Assembly: GCA_963789265.1 (NCBI GenBank)
Contig: CAWBKB010000001.1
Location: 2,336,001-2,400,000, forward strand
Reading direction: 5' to 3'
Origin: an uncultured delta proteobacterium
GTDB taxonomy: Bacteria; Desulfobacterota; Desulfomonilia; Desulfomonilales; Desulfomonilaceae
Length of the DNA stretch: 64,000 nt
In this document: piece after piece, positions 31,294 through 40,188 of the stretch
Numbering within the stretch: position 1 is the stretch's first letter
Layout: each line of letters begins with the position of its first letter
The notes under the pieces: generated by a model
Database searches by the model: none
The model's input: the letters and a program-made list of their open reading frames with translations, nothing else
Told to the model about the DNA's origin: nothing
Program-made: the position numbers and the translations under genes

Positions 31294-31530
31294 TTAAGAA
31301 GACAACCAGTTCAAGATTTCTGATTCCTTGGGTACTTTGCCGGCCACCTTGACTTCGCCATCTACTACCAAGCCAGGAGTCATGAAAACACCGTGTTGGG
31401 CAATCACCTTGAGATCCTGGACATAAAACACTTCCGCATCCAAACCATGCTGCTTGACTACGTCCTGAACCAGGTCGTAGAGTTTGTGGCATTTTGCTCA
31501 GCCCACGCCTAAAACTTCTACCTTCTTCAT
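31294..31530 (-). CDS. Selenocysteine-containing small thioredoxin-like protein (UxxC), 78 aa
   Basis: GGAGG RBS; MKKVEVLGVG-U-AKCHKL..TPGLVVDGEVKVAGKVP; in-frame TGA at 31500-31498 aligns with Cys of LGPGCSQC in the paralog at 28563. Confidence 0.88.
31458..31480 (-). promoter_or_regulatory. Putative bacterial SECIS hairpin
   Basis: mRNA CUACG-A-CCUG-GUU-CAGG-A-CGUAG starting 17 nt after UGA; G first in loop. Confidence 0.75.
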
Positions 31531-31672
31531 TAAGTCCTCCGTTCGTGACACCGCAACAGCGGTTTTGTTTTATTATACCTTGAGCGATCGCAATTCCCGC
31601 GATTCGTGCTCATCTTTTTTTCTGTACAGGCCAAGACACCGGATCTGATCCGCACAGAACTATAACGGCCGC

Positions 31673-32476
31673 TCACCCCTGAGTGCCGGCGCGACGTAAA
31701 ACATATCCCTCCGCTCCCTGTGCAATTTCTTCGGCCAACGCAAACTCCTCCGTACTTAGCTCACCTAGTTCAAATGATGCTCCCAGCGCTTCGCTCAGCC
31801 CTTCTTTGATCGCTGCGCCTACCTCGTTAGGCCCTACGTGTACTCCCAAAATTTCCCCTATGGAGGTGACTTTCCTGCGAAGTTCCAGACGAAACATTTC
31901 TAGAGAATGACCGTCAGACAAAAAAATTTCGGCCAGACAATCAATCTGAGGTTCAATTGCCAGCGAACCGTGCTGGAGGACAGAAGAGCCAATCCAGGTC
32001 TGGGCACTGCCTACGAACTTTTTCCCGCGGCACACGATTTCTCCAGCAGCAGGACGCATAAAGCACACCGCTGGAAGGGAAGACTTACTTTTTCCTATGT
32101 ATGCGTCTGCCTCAATTCCCAAGGACCGTAAACCGATCACCAGTCCTTTGCTGATAAGTTGGTACGCACCGTCGGCAGAGAAAGGGATGCCGTCATGCAC
32201 GCCGCCGATTACTGCGTAGGTCAAGTCACCCAGATGCAAAACGGCGCGGCCCCCGGTAGGCCGGTGGACCACATCCAGGCCCCAGCGCCGACATGCAATA
32301 GGGTCAGGACCTCTTCTCCTTTGAAAATAACCAAGCGAAACCGCCGGCGGATTCCATTGGTACAGGCGTAATGTCGGTGGAGACTTCCCCTCAGCGTGGA
32401 GCTTTAGGAGAGCCTGATCGACAGCCATGTTCATTGTTCCGGACGAGATGCCGGTAAGTAACCGCCAAGTTCTCAC
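31673..32476 (-). CDS. Lipoate-protein ligase / octanoyltransferase (LplA/LipM family)
   Basis: NMAVD, PTLRLY, RPTGGRAVLH, KKFVGSAQ, LQHGS. Confidence 0.9.
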   Translation of the reverse strand: MRTWRLLTGISSGTMNMAVDQALLKLHAEGKSPPTLRLYQWNPPAVSLGYFQRRRGPDPIACRRWGLDVVHRPTGGRAVLHLGDLTYAVIGGVHDGIPFSADGAYQLISKGLVIGLRSLGIEADAYIGKSKSSLPAVCFMRPAAGEIVCRGKKFVGSAQTWIGSSVLQHGSLAIEPQIDCLAEIFLSDGHSLEMFRLELRRKVTSIGEILGVHVGPNEVGAAIKEGLSEALGASFELGELSTEEFALAEEIAQGAEGYVLRRAGTQG

Positions 32477-33351
32477 GACAACTCCTTGAAAAACGTCGAA
32501 GCATCATAGGAACTGCGCACCAGTGGACCCGAGGCTACGCTCCGAAATCCCAGATCTAATGCGAATCGCCGCCAGGTGGCGAACTCTTCGAGTTCAACAT
32601 AACGGGCTACAGGAGCGTGCTTAAGGGAAGGAGCAAGGTACTGGCCTAATGTTAGCATGCTGCAGCCCGCTTCTCTCAAAGCCCGTAAAACATTCTCCAC
32701 CTCGGAGGGTTGCTCCCCCAAACCCAGCATGAGGCCGGACTTGGTTACCATGTCTGGATCTATGTCTTTGATGTTCTTGAGAATCTCCAGGGACCGTTCG
32801 TATTTCGCCCTTGGTTTTATCTTCCTGTGAAGTCGCGGCACCGTATCAAGGTTATGAGCCAAGATATTCGGCCCCTCCTGCACTACCTCAACCAATGCTT
32901 CGTGTGATCCTCCGAAGTCCGGTATGAGCAGCTCAATCGTTGTCCCTGGTGAGTGCCGGCGCAATGCTTTGACTGTTTGAGCGTAATGACTGGCGCCCCC
33001 GTCGGGCAAATCGTCTCTCGTTACGGAAGTAATTACCGCGTGACTGATGCCCATTTCAGCGACTGCTAGGGCCAACCATTTCGGCTCATCCTTCTCGGGA
33101 GGTGTCGGGGACTTGCCGTGTTTGACAGCACAGAATGCACAGCCCCTGGTACACACATCCCCCAAAATCATGAAAGTGGCTGTATGGTTGGAAAAGCACA
33201 CCCCCCGATTGGGGCATTGTGCTTCCTGACACACGGTGGGCAATCCGAACTTGGCCAGGAGCTGCGCGGTCTCTTGGACCCTTTTCTCGCCCAAGCCCCG
33301 CTTGGCCTGTGTTACTTGCCGGATCAACCACGTAGGGGCGCCTTGCTTCAT
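32473..33351 (-). CDS. lipA: Lipoyl synthase
   Basis: CQEAQCPNRGVC, CTRGCAFC, RSSY. Confidence 0.96.
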   Translation of the reverse strand: MKQGAPTWLIRQVTQAKRGLGEKRVQETAQLLAKFGLPTVCQEAQCPNRGVCFSNHTATFMILGDVCTRGCAFCAVKHGKSPTPPEKDEPKWLALAVAEMGISHAVITSVTRDDLPDGGASHYAQTVKALRRHSPGTTIELLIPDFGGSHEALVEVVQEGPNILAHNLDTVPRLHRKIKPRAKYERSLEILKNIKDIDPDMVTKSGLMLGLGEQPSEVENVLRALREAGCSMLTLGQYLAPSLKHAPVARYVELEEFATWRRFALDLGFRSVASGPLVRSSYDASTFFKELS

Positions 33352-34742
33352 TGTCTCACCTCTTCGGGCGGGATGTGGATAGCCTGGCAGTGCAACGCTT
33401 GGGCTGTTTCCAGCACGGCTTCAGATAGAGTAGGATGCGTATGGATTGTGTCCATGATGGCCTTGCTCGGCAAATTCCCTCGCATGGCCACGGCAATCTC
33501 GGCTACCAAATCGGCAGCATGGGCTCCGATGACGTGACATCCCAATATCTCGTCAGTTCGGGAGTCAACAATAATCTTGACCAACCCTTCCAGTTCTCCT
33601 ATGGCCTGAGCCATCCCCAGGGACTTGAAAGGGAACCGAGCAACTTTGATGGGGTGATGCGATGCCGCCTCCTCTTCCGACAGGCCTACCGCTGCATATT
33701 CGGGCAGGCTGAAAACACACCGAGGAATTACACGATAATCCATTTTGCTCGCTCGGCCCAAGGCGTGTTCTGCTGCGCAGATGCCTTCCGCGAAGGCGAC
33801 GTGGGCCAAAAGCCAGCCCCCGATTACGTCTCCGGCAGCGTAGAGGCCCGGAATATTGGTTTTGAGATGCTCGTCCACCACAATTCTGCCCTTATCCATC
33901 TCCACGCCCAATTCATGCACGCCGATTCGATCTGGATTGAATCTTCTGCCTACCGCCTGGATAATGGTGTCGGGGGTCAATTCCGAGCCGTCTGAGAGTC
34001 TTACGACGAAGCCCTCGTCGGTCACATCCACTGAAACCACTTGTATCCCGCAGAAAACCTTGACTTTGCGCCGCTGCAGGATGCCTTGGAGATATGTTGA
34101 TATTTCGGAATCTTCGACCGGTAAGAGTCTCTCCATAGCTTCAATTATAGTTACCTGACAATTTAGCTCGCGGAAGATTGCCGCCATTTCCACCCCTACC
34201 GCTCCGCCCCCGACGACCATCAGGTGCTTGGGTAGATAGGTGATGTCCAGCACCTCGTCGGCTAAGAAAACCCGCGGATCGGATGGAATTACAGACAGGC
34301 CCGCTGGACTGGAACCACTTGCGATAACTATTTTCGCTGCTTCCACGGAGTGGACCTCCCCATTCTTTTCCACCTCGATCCGGTTCGGAGAAATCAGCCT
34401 CCCTTGGCCTTCTACCAGAGCAATGCGGTTGGCCTGAAACAAACGTTCGATGCTGCTCCGCAATCCTGCCACGATCCGTGCTTTGCGGGAAATTATTGCT
34501 CTGATATCCGGGGTGGGGCTAAGTTGATGGAATCCATATTCGCGGGCCCGACGAACAGACCTGGCTACCTCAGCAGAGGCTCGCACCGCTTTGGTCGGAA
34601 TGCAACCCCAGTTCAGGCAAACGCCTCCCACGAACTTGGCTTCAACCACTGCAACCCTAGCGCCCAGTTGAGCTGCTCGGATTGCGCCTTCATAGCCGGC
34701 CGGTCCTCCTCCGAGAAACGCTATGTCAAACTTTTCTCCCAT
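33348..34742 (-). CDS. lpdA: Dihydrolipoyl dehydrogenase
   Basis: GGGPAGY, GGVCLNWGCIP, GGGAVG, HPTLSE. Confidence 0.93.
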   Translation of the reverse strand: MGEKFDIAFLGGGPAGYEGAIRAAQLGARVAVVEAKFVGGVCLNWGCIPTKAVRASAEVARSVRRAREYGFHQLSPTPDIRAIISRKARIVAGLRSSIERLFQANRIALVEGQGRLISPNRIEVEKNGEVHSVEAAKIVIASGSSPAGLSVIPSDPRVFLADEVLDITYLPKHLMVVGGGAVGVEMAAIFRELNCQVTIIEAMERLLPVEDSEISTYLQGILQRRKVKVFCGIQVVSVDVTDEGFVVRLSDGSELTPDTIIQAVGRRFNPDRIGVHELGVEMDKGRIVVDEHLKTNIPGLYAAGDVIGGWLLAHVAFAEGICAAEHALGRASKMDYRVIPRCVFSLPEYAAVGLSEEEAASHHPIKVARFPFKSLGMAQAIGELEGLVKIIVDSRTDEILGCHVIGAHAADLVAEIAVAMRGNLPSKAIMDTIHTHPTLSEAVLETAQALHCQAIHIPPEEVRQ

Positions 34743-34752
34743 GGGGTACTTC

Positions 34753-35184
34753 TTACTCGACGACAATGGTCGGTTGGACGACCAGTTCTGACTTGAGGGA
34801 CTGGTTAATGGTCGAGTATTTGAGAGCCATATCCAAGGCACGCTTCACTACCTCTACTACTCCCGGCTTCTTGCTCCGGACGACCAGTTTGGGGCGCAAT
34901 GTTATTCTCTTAAAATCCGAAGTCTGGTCTATAAACTCCTCGACTTCGCCCACAGCCTCACATTCGAGGGAAATCAAATCGATCTTGAAGCGCTCCATGG
35001 CCCAAACCACCATCTCGTGGTAGCAGGTATTGCTCGCTGCCATAAAAGCATCTTCCGGGGTGAGTATGTTGGGCAAGCCGTACAGAGCAGGGGGCGCAGA
35101 AAACTCCATCTCTACACCATTCCCGCACCACGTGTATCCCTTATGTTCGCCGCGCCATTCTACGCGATTGGTATAGGTAGGCAT
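34753..35184 (-). CDS. OsmC/Ohr family protein
   Basis: TPEDAFMAASNTC, ITLRP, INQSLKSE. Confidence 0.82.
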   Translation of the reverse strand: MPTYTNRVEWRGEHKGYTWCGNGVEMEFSAPPALYGLPNILTPEDAFMAASNTCYHEMVVWAMERFKIDLISLECEAVGEVEEFIDQTSDFKRITLRPKLVVRSKKPGVVEVVKRALDMALKYSTINQSLKSELVVQPTIVVE

Positions 35185-35301
35185 TTATCTTCATCTCCGT
35201 TCTAAGTCGTTTGAATTCTCTTATTCTTGTGTTTCAAGATTTCTTTACCGTAAATCCAGGGACCTTCGTGAGAAACTCTGTGTCCATAGGCTTCTCTTGC
35301 C

Positions 35302-35460
35302 TCAGAACAACCACTTCGCTGCGAGGCTCGCCAGCACAATAGCCGCGGCAGCGAAAAGGATATAAGGAGCCCCCTTGATTTCCTCGGTCGCATGCTCATC
35401 GGTATGCCTCGAAGTACATCCTGAGCAGTCGTTACACGACGGTCCAGGTTCGTTGTTCAT
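35302..35460 (-). CDS. 52-aa membrane peptide with CxxCxxC (below ORF-track cutoff)
   Basis: AGGAG RBS; MNNEPGPSCNDCSGCTSRHTDEHATEEIKGAPYILFAAAAIVLASLAAKWLF. Confidence 0.65.
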   Translation of the reverse strand: MNNEPGPSCNDCSGCTSRHTDEHATEEIKGAPYILFAAAAIVLASLAAKWLF

Positions 35461-35621
35461 GTGAATCTCCTGAAAATTCTAATTCGCCTGTCCCTTCATG
35501 CCTTACTTATATTCGGTATTTCGAGCAGGCAACTGAAACATCAGTGTCGAAGGCTCATTTGATTGCCATGCCATCAGTGTCAGGCCACAGAGTTCGCAAA
35601 GACGAACACAACCTCACCTTA

Positions 35622-36029
35622 TTATTGCAAGACCTCATCCACAGCTTTGGCGATTTCCTCGGCCACGGCTTGTACAGCGGCATTTTCCTGAGAGCCGGGA
35701 TGGCGTCGGTTTGAGAGGCCGTCAATTCCGTGCTTCTCCAGGATATCGGGGATGAGCAGGGACCTGTTAGGTTTTCCCGAAAGCCTTTCAGTGGATTTAG
35801 CCGCACACAGTTTCTCGCAACCATCCACTGTGATTGTTGGGAATTTGCTCGCAAACTGCCGTTCGTCTTTTCCTCCTGCGATAAACAACGGGAGGCAGAT
35901 AGTCACGGTGAGGCCGGGCCTCAGTTCATCCAGGACTTTGCGGCAGGCGATTCGAGATACTGTTCCACCAGGTAACTCCTCGCCACTGCATGATACGATC
36001 CCTACTTTGAGCACCTTGATTTCCATCAC
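35622..36029 (-). CDS. DGC-domain (putative zinc-binding) protein
   Basis: VSCSG, ICLP, ITVDGCEKLCA. Confidence 0.85.
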   Translation of the reverse strand: MMEIKVLKVGIVSCSGEELPGGTVSRIACRKVLDELRPGLTVTICLPLFIAGGKDERQFASKFPTITVDGCEKLCAAKSTERLSGKPNRSLLIPDILEKHGIDGLSNRRHPGSQENAAVQAVAEEIAKAVDEVLQ

Positions 36030-36439
36030 TCATTCCTCTCTGCCGCAAGTCTGTCCACTTCCTCTGCTATCTCCTGAGCAGCCAGCGCTGCAAGCTGTTG
36101 ACCCGCGTCGTTTAACTCAACGATTCCCTCCGGTTTGAGATCCTTGTGATTTTTGTAGAAGTCAATCGCCCTGTGGGCCTTGGAGACTGTCACCCCAAGG
36201 GATTCCACATTCTTTCGAGCACAATCGAACGGGCACCCATCAAGGGTGATTACCGGGTTCTCTGTTACAAGTTTCTTGGCATCCGGATCTTCGATCATTA
36301 AGAGAGGGAGGCAAGTGGTTACAGCCACCCGGGGCCGCAGACTTTCGACGAGTTCGTACGCCGCCTCCCTGCCGACAGAACCGTATACCTTTCCGATCCC
36401 GCTGCAAGGCAGGACCACAACTTGCTTCTTGTTTGTCAT
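36026..36439 (-). CDS. DGC-domain (putative zinc-binding) protein
   Basis: LPCSG, TCLP, ITLDGCPFDCA. Confidence 0.85.
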   Translation of the reverse strand: MTNKKQVVVLPCSGIGKVYGSVGREAAYELVESLRPRVAVTTCLPLLMIEDPDAKKLVTENPVITLDGCPFDCARKNVESLGVTVSKAHRAIDFYKNHKDLKPEGIVELNDAGQQLAALAAQEIAEEVDRLAAERNE

Positions 36440-36888
36440 GTCTTTTTCTTCATCTCCTCTTGGATTTTTTCCTTCATGAGCTCGAGGTACCCATTCCCGT
36501 CCAGAAGTTGACCGCGGTCTTTTTCCAGGCCGGTCAATTCAATCTTGTATATCCAACCTTCACCGTACGGGTCCTGATTGATTAGATATGGACTGGCCTC
36601 CATTTCGGGGTTTACCTCGACTATCTTGCCTGTTACCGGCGAGATCATGCCGAAAGTGGCTTTAATCGTCTCGATCTTTCCGAGTTCCTGCCCCTGTTTC
36701 ACCTCTGCGCCGGGCTCTATCGTCTCCAGAAAAGCCACATCGCCTTTACTCTTCTGCAGGAAATCGGATAGCCCTACTGTGGCCACGTTGCCGTCCACGG
36801 CGGCCCAAAAGTCATCCCCGTTGTACAGGTAACCCACCTTTACCGTGAAGACAAACTTGTCGTATGTCGTTTCCAAAAATTCTTGCAC
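36436..36888 (-). CDS. gcvH: GcvH-like lipoyl carrier protein
   Basis: TVGLSDF, IETIKA (lipoyl-Lys), SPVTGKIVEVN, INQDPYGEGWI. Confidence 0.88.
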   Translation of the reverse strand: MQEFLETTYDKFVFTVKVGYLYNGDDFWAAVDGNVATVGLSDFLQKSKGDVAFLETIEPGAEVKQGQELGKIETIKATFGMISPVTGKIVEVNPEMEASPYLINQDPYGEGWIYKIELTGLEKDRGQLLDGNGYLELMKEKIQEEMKKKT

Positions 36889-36903
36889 GTTTCTCTCCTT
36901 TCG

Positions 36904-37245
36904 TTACGCTAAAATATTGCCGACTTCCTCCACGATCTTGTTGACAGCGATATACCCTGCATACTTCGGCTCACCGTCAACGAGGACCAAAGGAGGAGGA
37001 TACTTGCCGGTCACCAAGAGTTGCCCTGATTCGCTGGCTTTCTCTTCAGGCGATTGGCTCAGATCGATGTATTCCACGCTGGTCTTACCTGGATAGGTTG
37101 CTTCCAGGTCGTCCTGTAACTCCTTTACCTTTTGCTGGAGCATCTTCACGTACTCAGGATTAGCTCCGGGGCTGCCACAAGTCGCGCAGCCGCCACCGCC
37201 GGCCATATTGAGAATTTTCACCGTTACGAGATGTTTGCCTTCCAT
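36904..37245 (-). CDS. Thioredoxin-fold protein with GCATC motif
   Basis: GGGGCATCG, VEYIDL, PPPLVLVDGEP; GAGGAG RBS. Confidence 0.75.
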   Translation of the reverse strand: MEGKHLVTVKILNMAGGGGCATCGSPGANPEYVKMLQQKVKELQDDLEATYPGKTSVEYIDLSQSPEEKASESGQLLVTGKYPPPLVLVDGEPKYAGYIAVNKIVEEVGNILA

Positions 37246-37457
37246 GGGCGTGCTCTCCTCTGCAAATAGCTTTTTCTTTCACGTTTGCCGTCTCTAAAGG
37301 CAAGTGATTTCCACTCCTCTTACGGTGGGATGACCAGCCCGCATTCTTTCAGAACTCCAGTGAACGATCTGAAGGGAATCGTGGCCAGTTCATCGAAAGC
37401 TTGCGCTACAACAAATGACAATTTCTTATTCAGATATCAGCTTTCGTTCCTGAGACT

Positions 37458-37485
37458 ATTTCGTATTTGTCGAAATCCTCAAATA
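37458..37485. promoter_or_regulatory. Candidate ArsR operator(s)
   Basis: Overlapping palindromes ATTTCG-N7-CGAAAT and TATTTG-N10-CAAATA upstream of the lipoate module. Confidence 0.45.
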
Positions 37486-37551
37486 CTAAATGCCAAAATT
37501 TAACCTCTGTGCCTCTCTCTTTGCTCCCCGGTCATCGGCTCCCCACGAGGA

Positions 37552-37881
37552 TCATGCCACAAGCACCGAACGCTGATCTTCAAGCCTTTTGATTACAACG
37601 TCTTCCACGCATCGTGCAAAATCAATGGCGCAAGGCATGGTAAGTCTGTACATGATCTTGAGCCCGTCCCGCCGATCCGCGACGAGACCGGCCTTTTTCA
37701 AGATAGAAAGATGCTTGGAAACATTAGAGATCTCAGTTCCTACATGGGCCACTATATCGCAGACGCACATTTCCCTTGTTTCAAGGAACTCGACAATTCC
37801 CAGGCGAATAGGGTGCCCCAATGCCTTGAAAACCTCGGCTTTTAAGCGGAGCCTTTCGTTTTCTCTTTCATTCACTCCCAT
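37552..37881 (-). CDS. ArsR/SmtB family transcriptional regulator
   Basis: FKALGHPIRL, EMCVCDI (As(III)-type CVC site), SNVSKHLSILKKAGLV. Confidence 0.92.
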   Translation of the reverse strand: MGVNERENERLRLKAEVFKALGHPIRLGIVEFLETREMCVCDIVAHVGTEISNVSKHLSILKKAGLVADRRDGLKIMYRLTMPCAIDFARCVEDVVIKRLEDQRSVLVA

Positions 37882-37893
37882 GTTGATCTCTCC

Positions 37894-37940
37894 ATTCCGC
37901 CAATTGGTTAAATAGTAAATGATGAATCTTCTCTCGTCAA
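37894..37940 (-). promoter_or_regulatory. Sigma70-type promoter with overlapping imperfect palindrome
   Basis: TTGACG (37940-37935) - 17 bp - TACTAT (37917-37912); ATTTAACCAA/TTGGCGGAAT over the predicted +1. Confidence 0.7.
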
Positions 37941-38427
37941 GAGTTCTTTTCAGGTCCGCGATAACATTCTTGCTTACGCATGGAATCGTTGGCCTTTTAT
38001 CATTCCGAGAGGCGAAATCCAATGTCCTGCGAAAAGCAATCCAAATCGTGCCTAGAAGAAAAGATCGCTTTCCGCGGGACGTTGGGTCGATTCCAAGCTG
38101 CGGCCGGAAGCAACTGTCGCAAAACGATTTTGAGCGCGGAATCGTCCGATCTCGGTACACGCGCTGAAGCCGCCGGGTTGCTTTCAGTCGCCCCTGTGGG
38201 GCTCAAACACAGATCGTTCCCGGAGGAACATTCGATAGTAGCCGGTCCCGCGCGGAACGCGGGCTCTCATTCCTCTCAATTTCTGTCGGCACACGGGGAA
38301 GCTACTGACCGAGATTGCAGAGATTTCGGCCCTGCGAGCTTTCCAGGCGATCACAGCAATGTTGACTGGGTACGTAAAATCCGGTAGTGACCTTAAGCCT
38401 TGATACGCGGAACTCGTACTGCGGGAC

Positions 38428-39057
38428 ATGAACTCTGTGAAGGAGAGTATCGGCTTGAAACTTCAGTACAAATTGGCAATTGCAGCAACGGGTCTGGCGG
38501 CCGCGGTGGTGGCATTCAGCTCCGGCACTAATCATAATTTGGTGGATACATTGACCCTTGCCGCGGGATCGGGCGATCTCTCCAGTGTCGGGGCTATTCT
38601 AGATCGAGGCGCCTCTGTTGACGGCTGTGACCGGGAAGGGAAAACGGCCCTGATGCGTGCTTCCCGAAACGGGCACAAGGAGATGATAAAATTCTTGCTG
38701 CAGAAAGGGACTCAGGTCAATGCAAGAGGCAAATACGGCAAAAGCGCCTTAATGCCGGCATCGGCAGCAGGTCACAACGAAGTGGTAAAACTGCTCTTGG
38801 ACGCCGGGGCCGAGATCAACGCAAGAGACCGGTACAGCCAAACCGCTTTAATGTGCGCGTCCCTCAGAGGCCATGTGCATGTTGTCGAAACCCTTCTGGC
38901 CAGGGGTGCGGATATGAACGTCAGGTCCAGAAAAGGCTTCACGGCAATGAGTCTCGCATCTGAACAGGGCCATGCAGAAGTGGTGGAGCTCTTGTTCAAG
39001 AAACAACCCGATCGGTATTTTTGTGATTTTCAGGTGGAACATGCCAGGTATCAGTAG
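38428..39057 (+). CDS. Ankyrin-repeat protein
   Basis: Repeated GKTALM-AS--GH-EVVKLLL--GA units. Confidence 0.88.
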   Translation: MNSVKESIGLKLQYKLAIAATGLAAAVVAFSSGTNHNLVDTLTLAAGSGDLSSVGAILDRGASVDGCDREGKTALMRASRNGHKEMIKFLLQKGTQVNARGKYGKSALMPASAAGHNEVVKLLLDAGAEINARDRYSQTALMCASLRGHVHVVETLLARGADMNVRSRKGFTAMSLASEQGHAEVVELLFKKQPDRYFCDFQVEHARYQ

Positions 39058-39145
39058 AATCGGATGGAATGAAGGCCCGCACGGATGGTTATCCTCAATG
39101 CCGGGCCCGAAAAATTGCACTCCAGAGCAACCCGGGAGGTGACAT

Positions 39146-39589
39146 GTGAAATATCCTGTCCTTGCCGCCAGACTGTTCATCGGAGGTCTGTTCATCTATG
39201 CTAGTGTCTACAAGATAATCGATCCGGCGAGCTTCGCGGTTTCTATACGGAACTACATGATAATTCCGGCTGCTTGGAGCAATGTTGCTGCCCTGACGCT
39301 GCCCTGGATCGAAGTGCTTGTCGGGACATTCTTAATATTCGGGATACAAACAAGACCGTCTGCGTTGATCACGACAGGAATGCTTGCAGCTTTCCTCGGC
39401 GCTTTAGTATATGCATACCACATCGGGCTTGATATTGACTGCGGTTGCTTTTCATCGGCAGTCACTTCCGGCGGTCGGATAGGAATCACCCACATTGTGA
39501 GGGACGCAGCGCTGGTCCTGGTATCCTTCTTTATTTTGGTGTCAGACCGCGGCAACTTCAGTGTTTTGAGGCATCGGCGCTCGAGTTAG
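39146..39589 (+). CDS. MauE/DoxX family membrane protein
   Basis: FIYASVYKIIDP, LPWIE, GLDIDCGCF, RD. Confidence 0.88.
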   Translation: MKYPVLAARLFIGGLFIYASVYKIIDPASFAVSIRNYMIIPAAWSNVAALTLPWIEVLVGTFLIFGIQTRPSALITTGMLAAFLGALVYAYHIGLDIDCGCFSSAVTSGGRIGITHIVRDAALVLVSFFILVSDRGNFSVLRHRRSS

Positions 39590-39818
39590 ACCGCACGAAC
39601 CTGGAGGTGGGAACCGCGGCCTATGAACACGCACATAATAATTGAGGTTTCATTGGGGGGCCCCGAAAGCGTTAATGGATGCCGGCGCACGGAAGACCTA
39701 TGGCCGGGTGGCCTTCTAATGGTAAGACAAACACCTTAGCCGTCAATTGTTGATGGCGGGCAAGATGCCCACCCTACTGACTCTAATCCCGGGGGACGTC
39801 CGTCCCGAAGGTCGTTTG

Positions 39819-40097
39819 TGATACCGATTCGCCGTCGAGCAAGTAAGAATCCTAAAACAGGACGTGGGGGGGCGGTCCCGCCCAGGCAGGATCGCCTGTC
39901 CTGCGTTCCGCGCGATCACTCCAGACTCCGATCCGGGGTATGTAGGGGCGGACCCGCGTGTCCGCCCGAGGCAGACACATAGGTCTACCCCTACAATTGA
40001 TGCCCGCATACGCGGACATGACGATATGTAGGGGCGGGTTTCAAACCCGCCCCTACCGGAAACACAGTATCACCTGCTTGAAAGCGAATTCCTATAA
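39819..40097. mobile_element. MITE family C copy carrying GTAG-type REP palindromes
   Basis: TGATACCGATTCGCCGTCGAGCAAGTAA ... TCACCTGCTTGAAAGCGAATTCCTATAA; internal GTAGGGGCGGGTTTCAAACCCGCCCCTAC. Confidence 0.7.
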
Positions 40098-40188
40098 AAA
40101 TCCCTCCGGCGATAGGCCGGCAATAAAAAAGGACGACTCGCGCCATGGCGAATCGTCCCTTGTGATGCAAAATTGATGAGTTCTGCGC

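Noticed and set aside
31196..31492. 98-aa track ORF
   Set aside because: Off-frame overlap with the selenoprotein gene
35302..35304. TGA of the 52-aa peptide as selenocysteine
   Set aside because: Follows a complete TM helix with no redox motif context; treated as a normal stop
36436..36888. Complete glycine cleavage system or sHdr-LbpA sulfur oxidation locus
   Set aside because: No gcvP, gcvT or sHdr genes in the window; they could exist elsewhere in the genome
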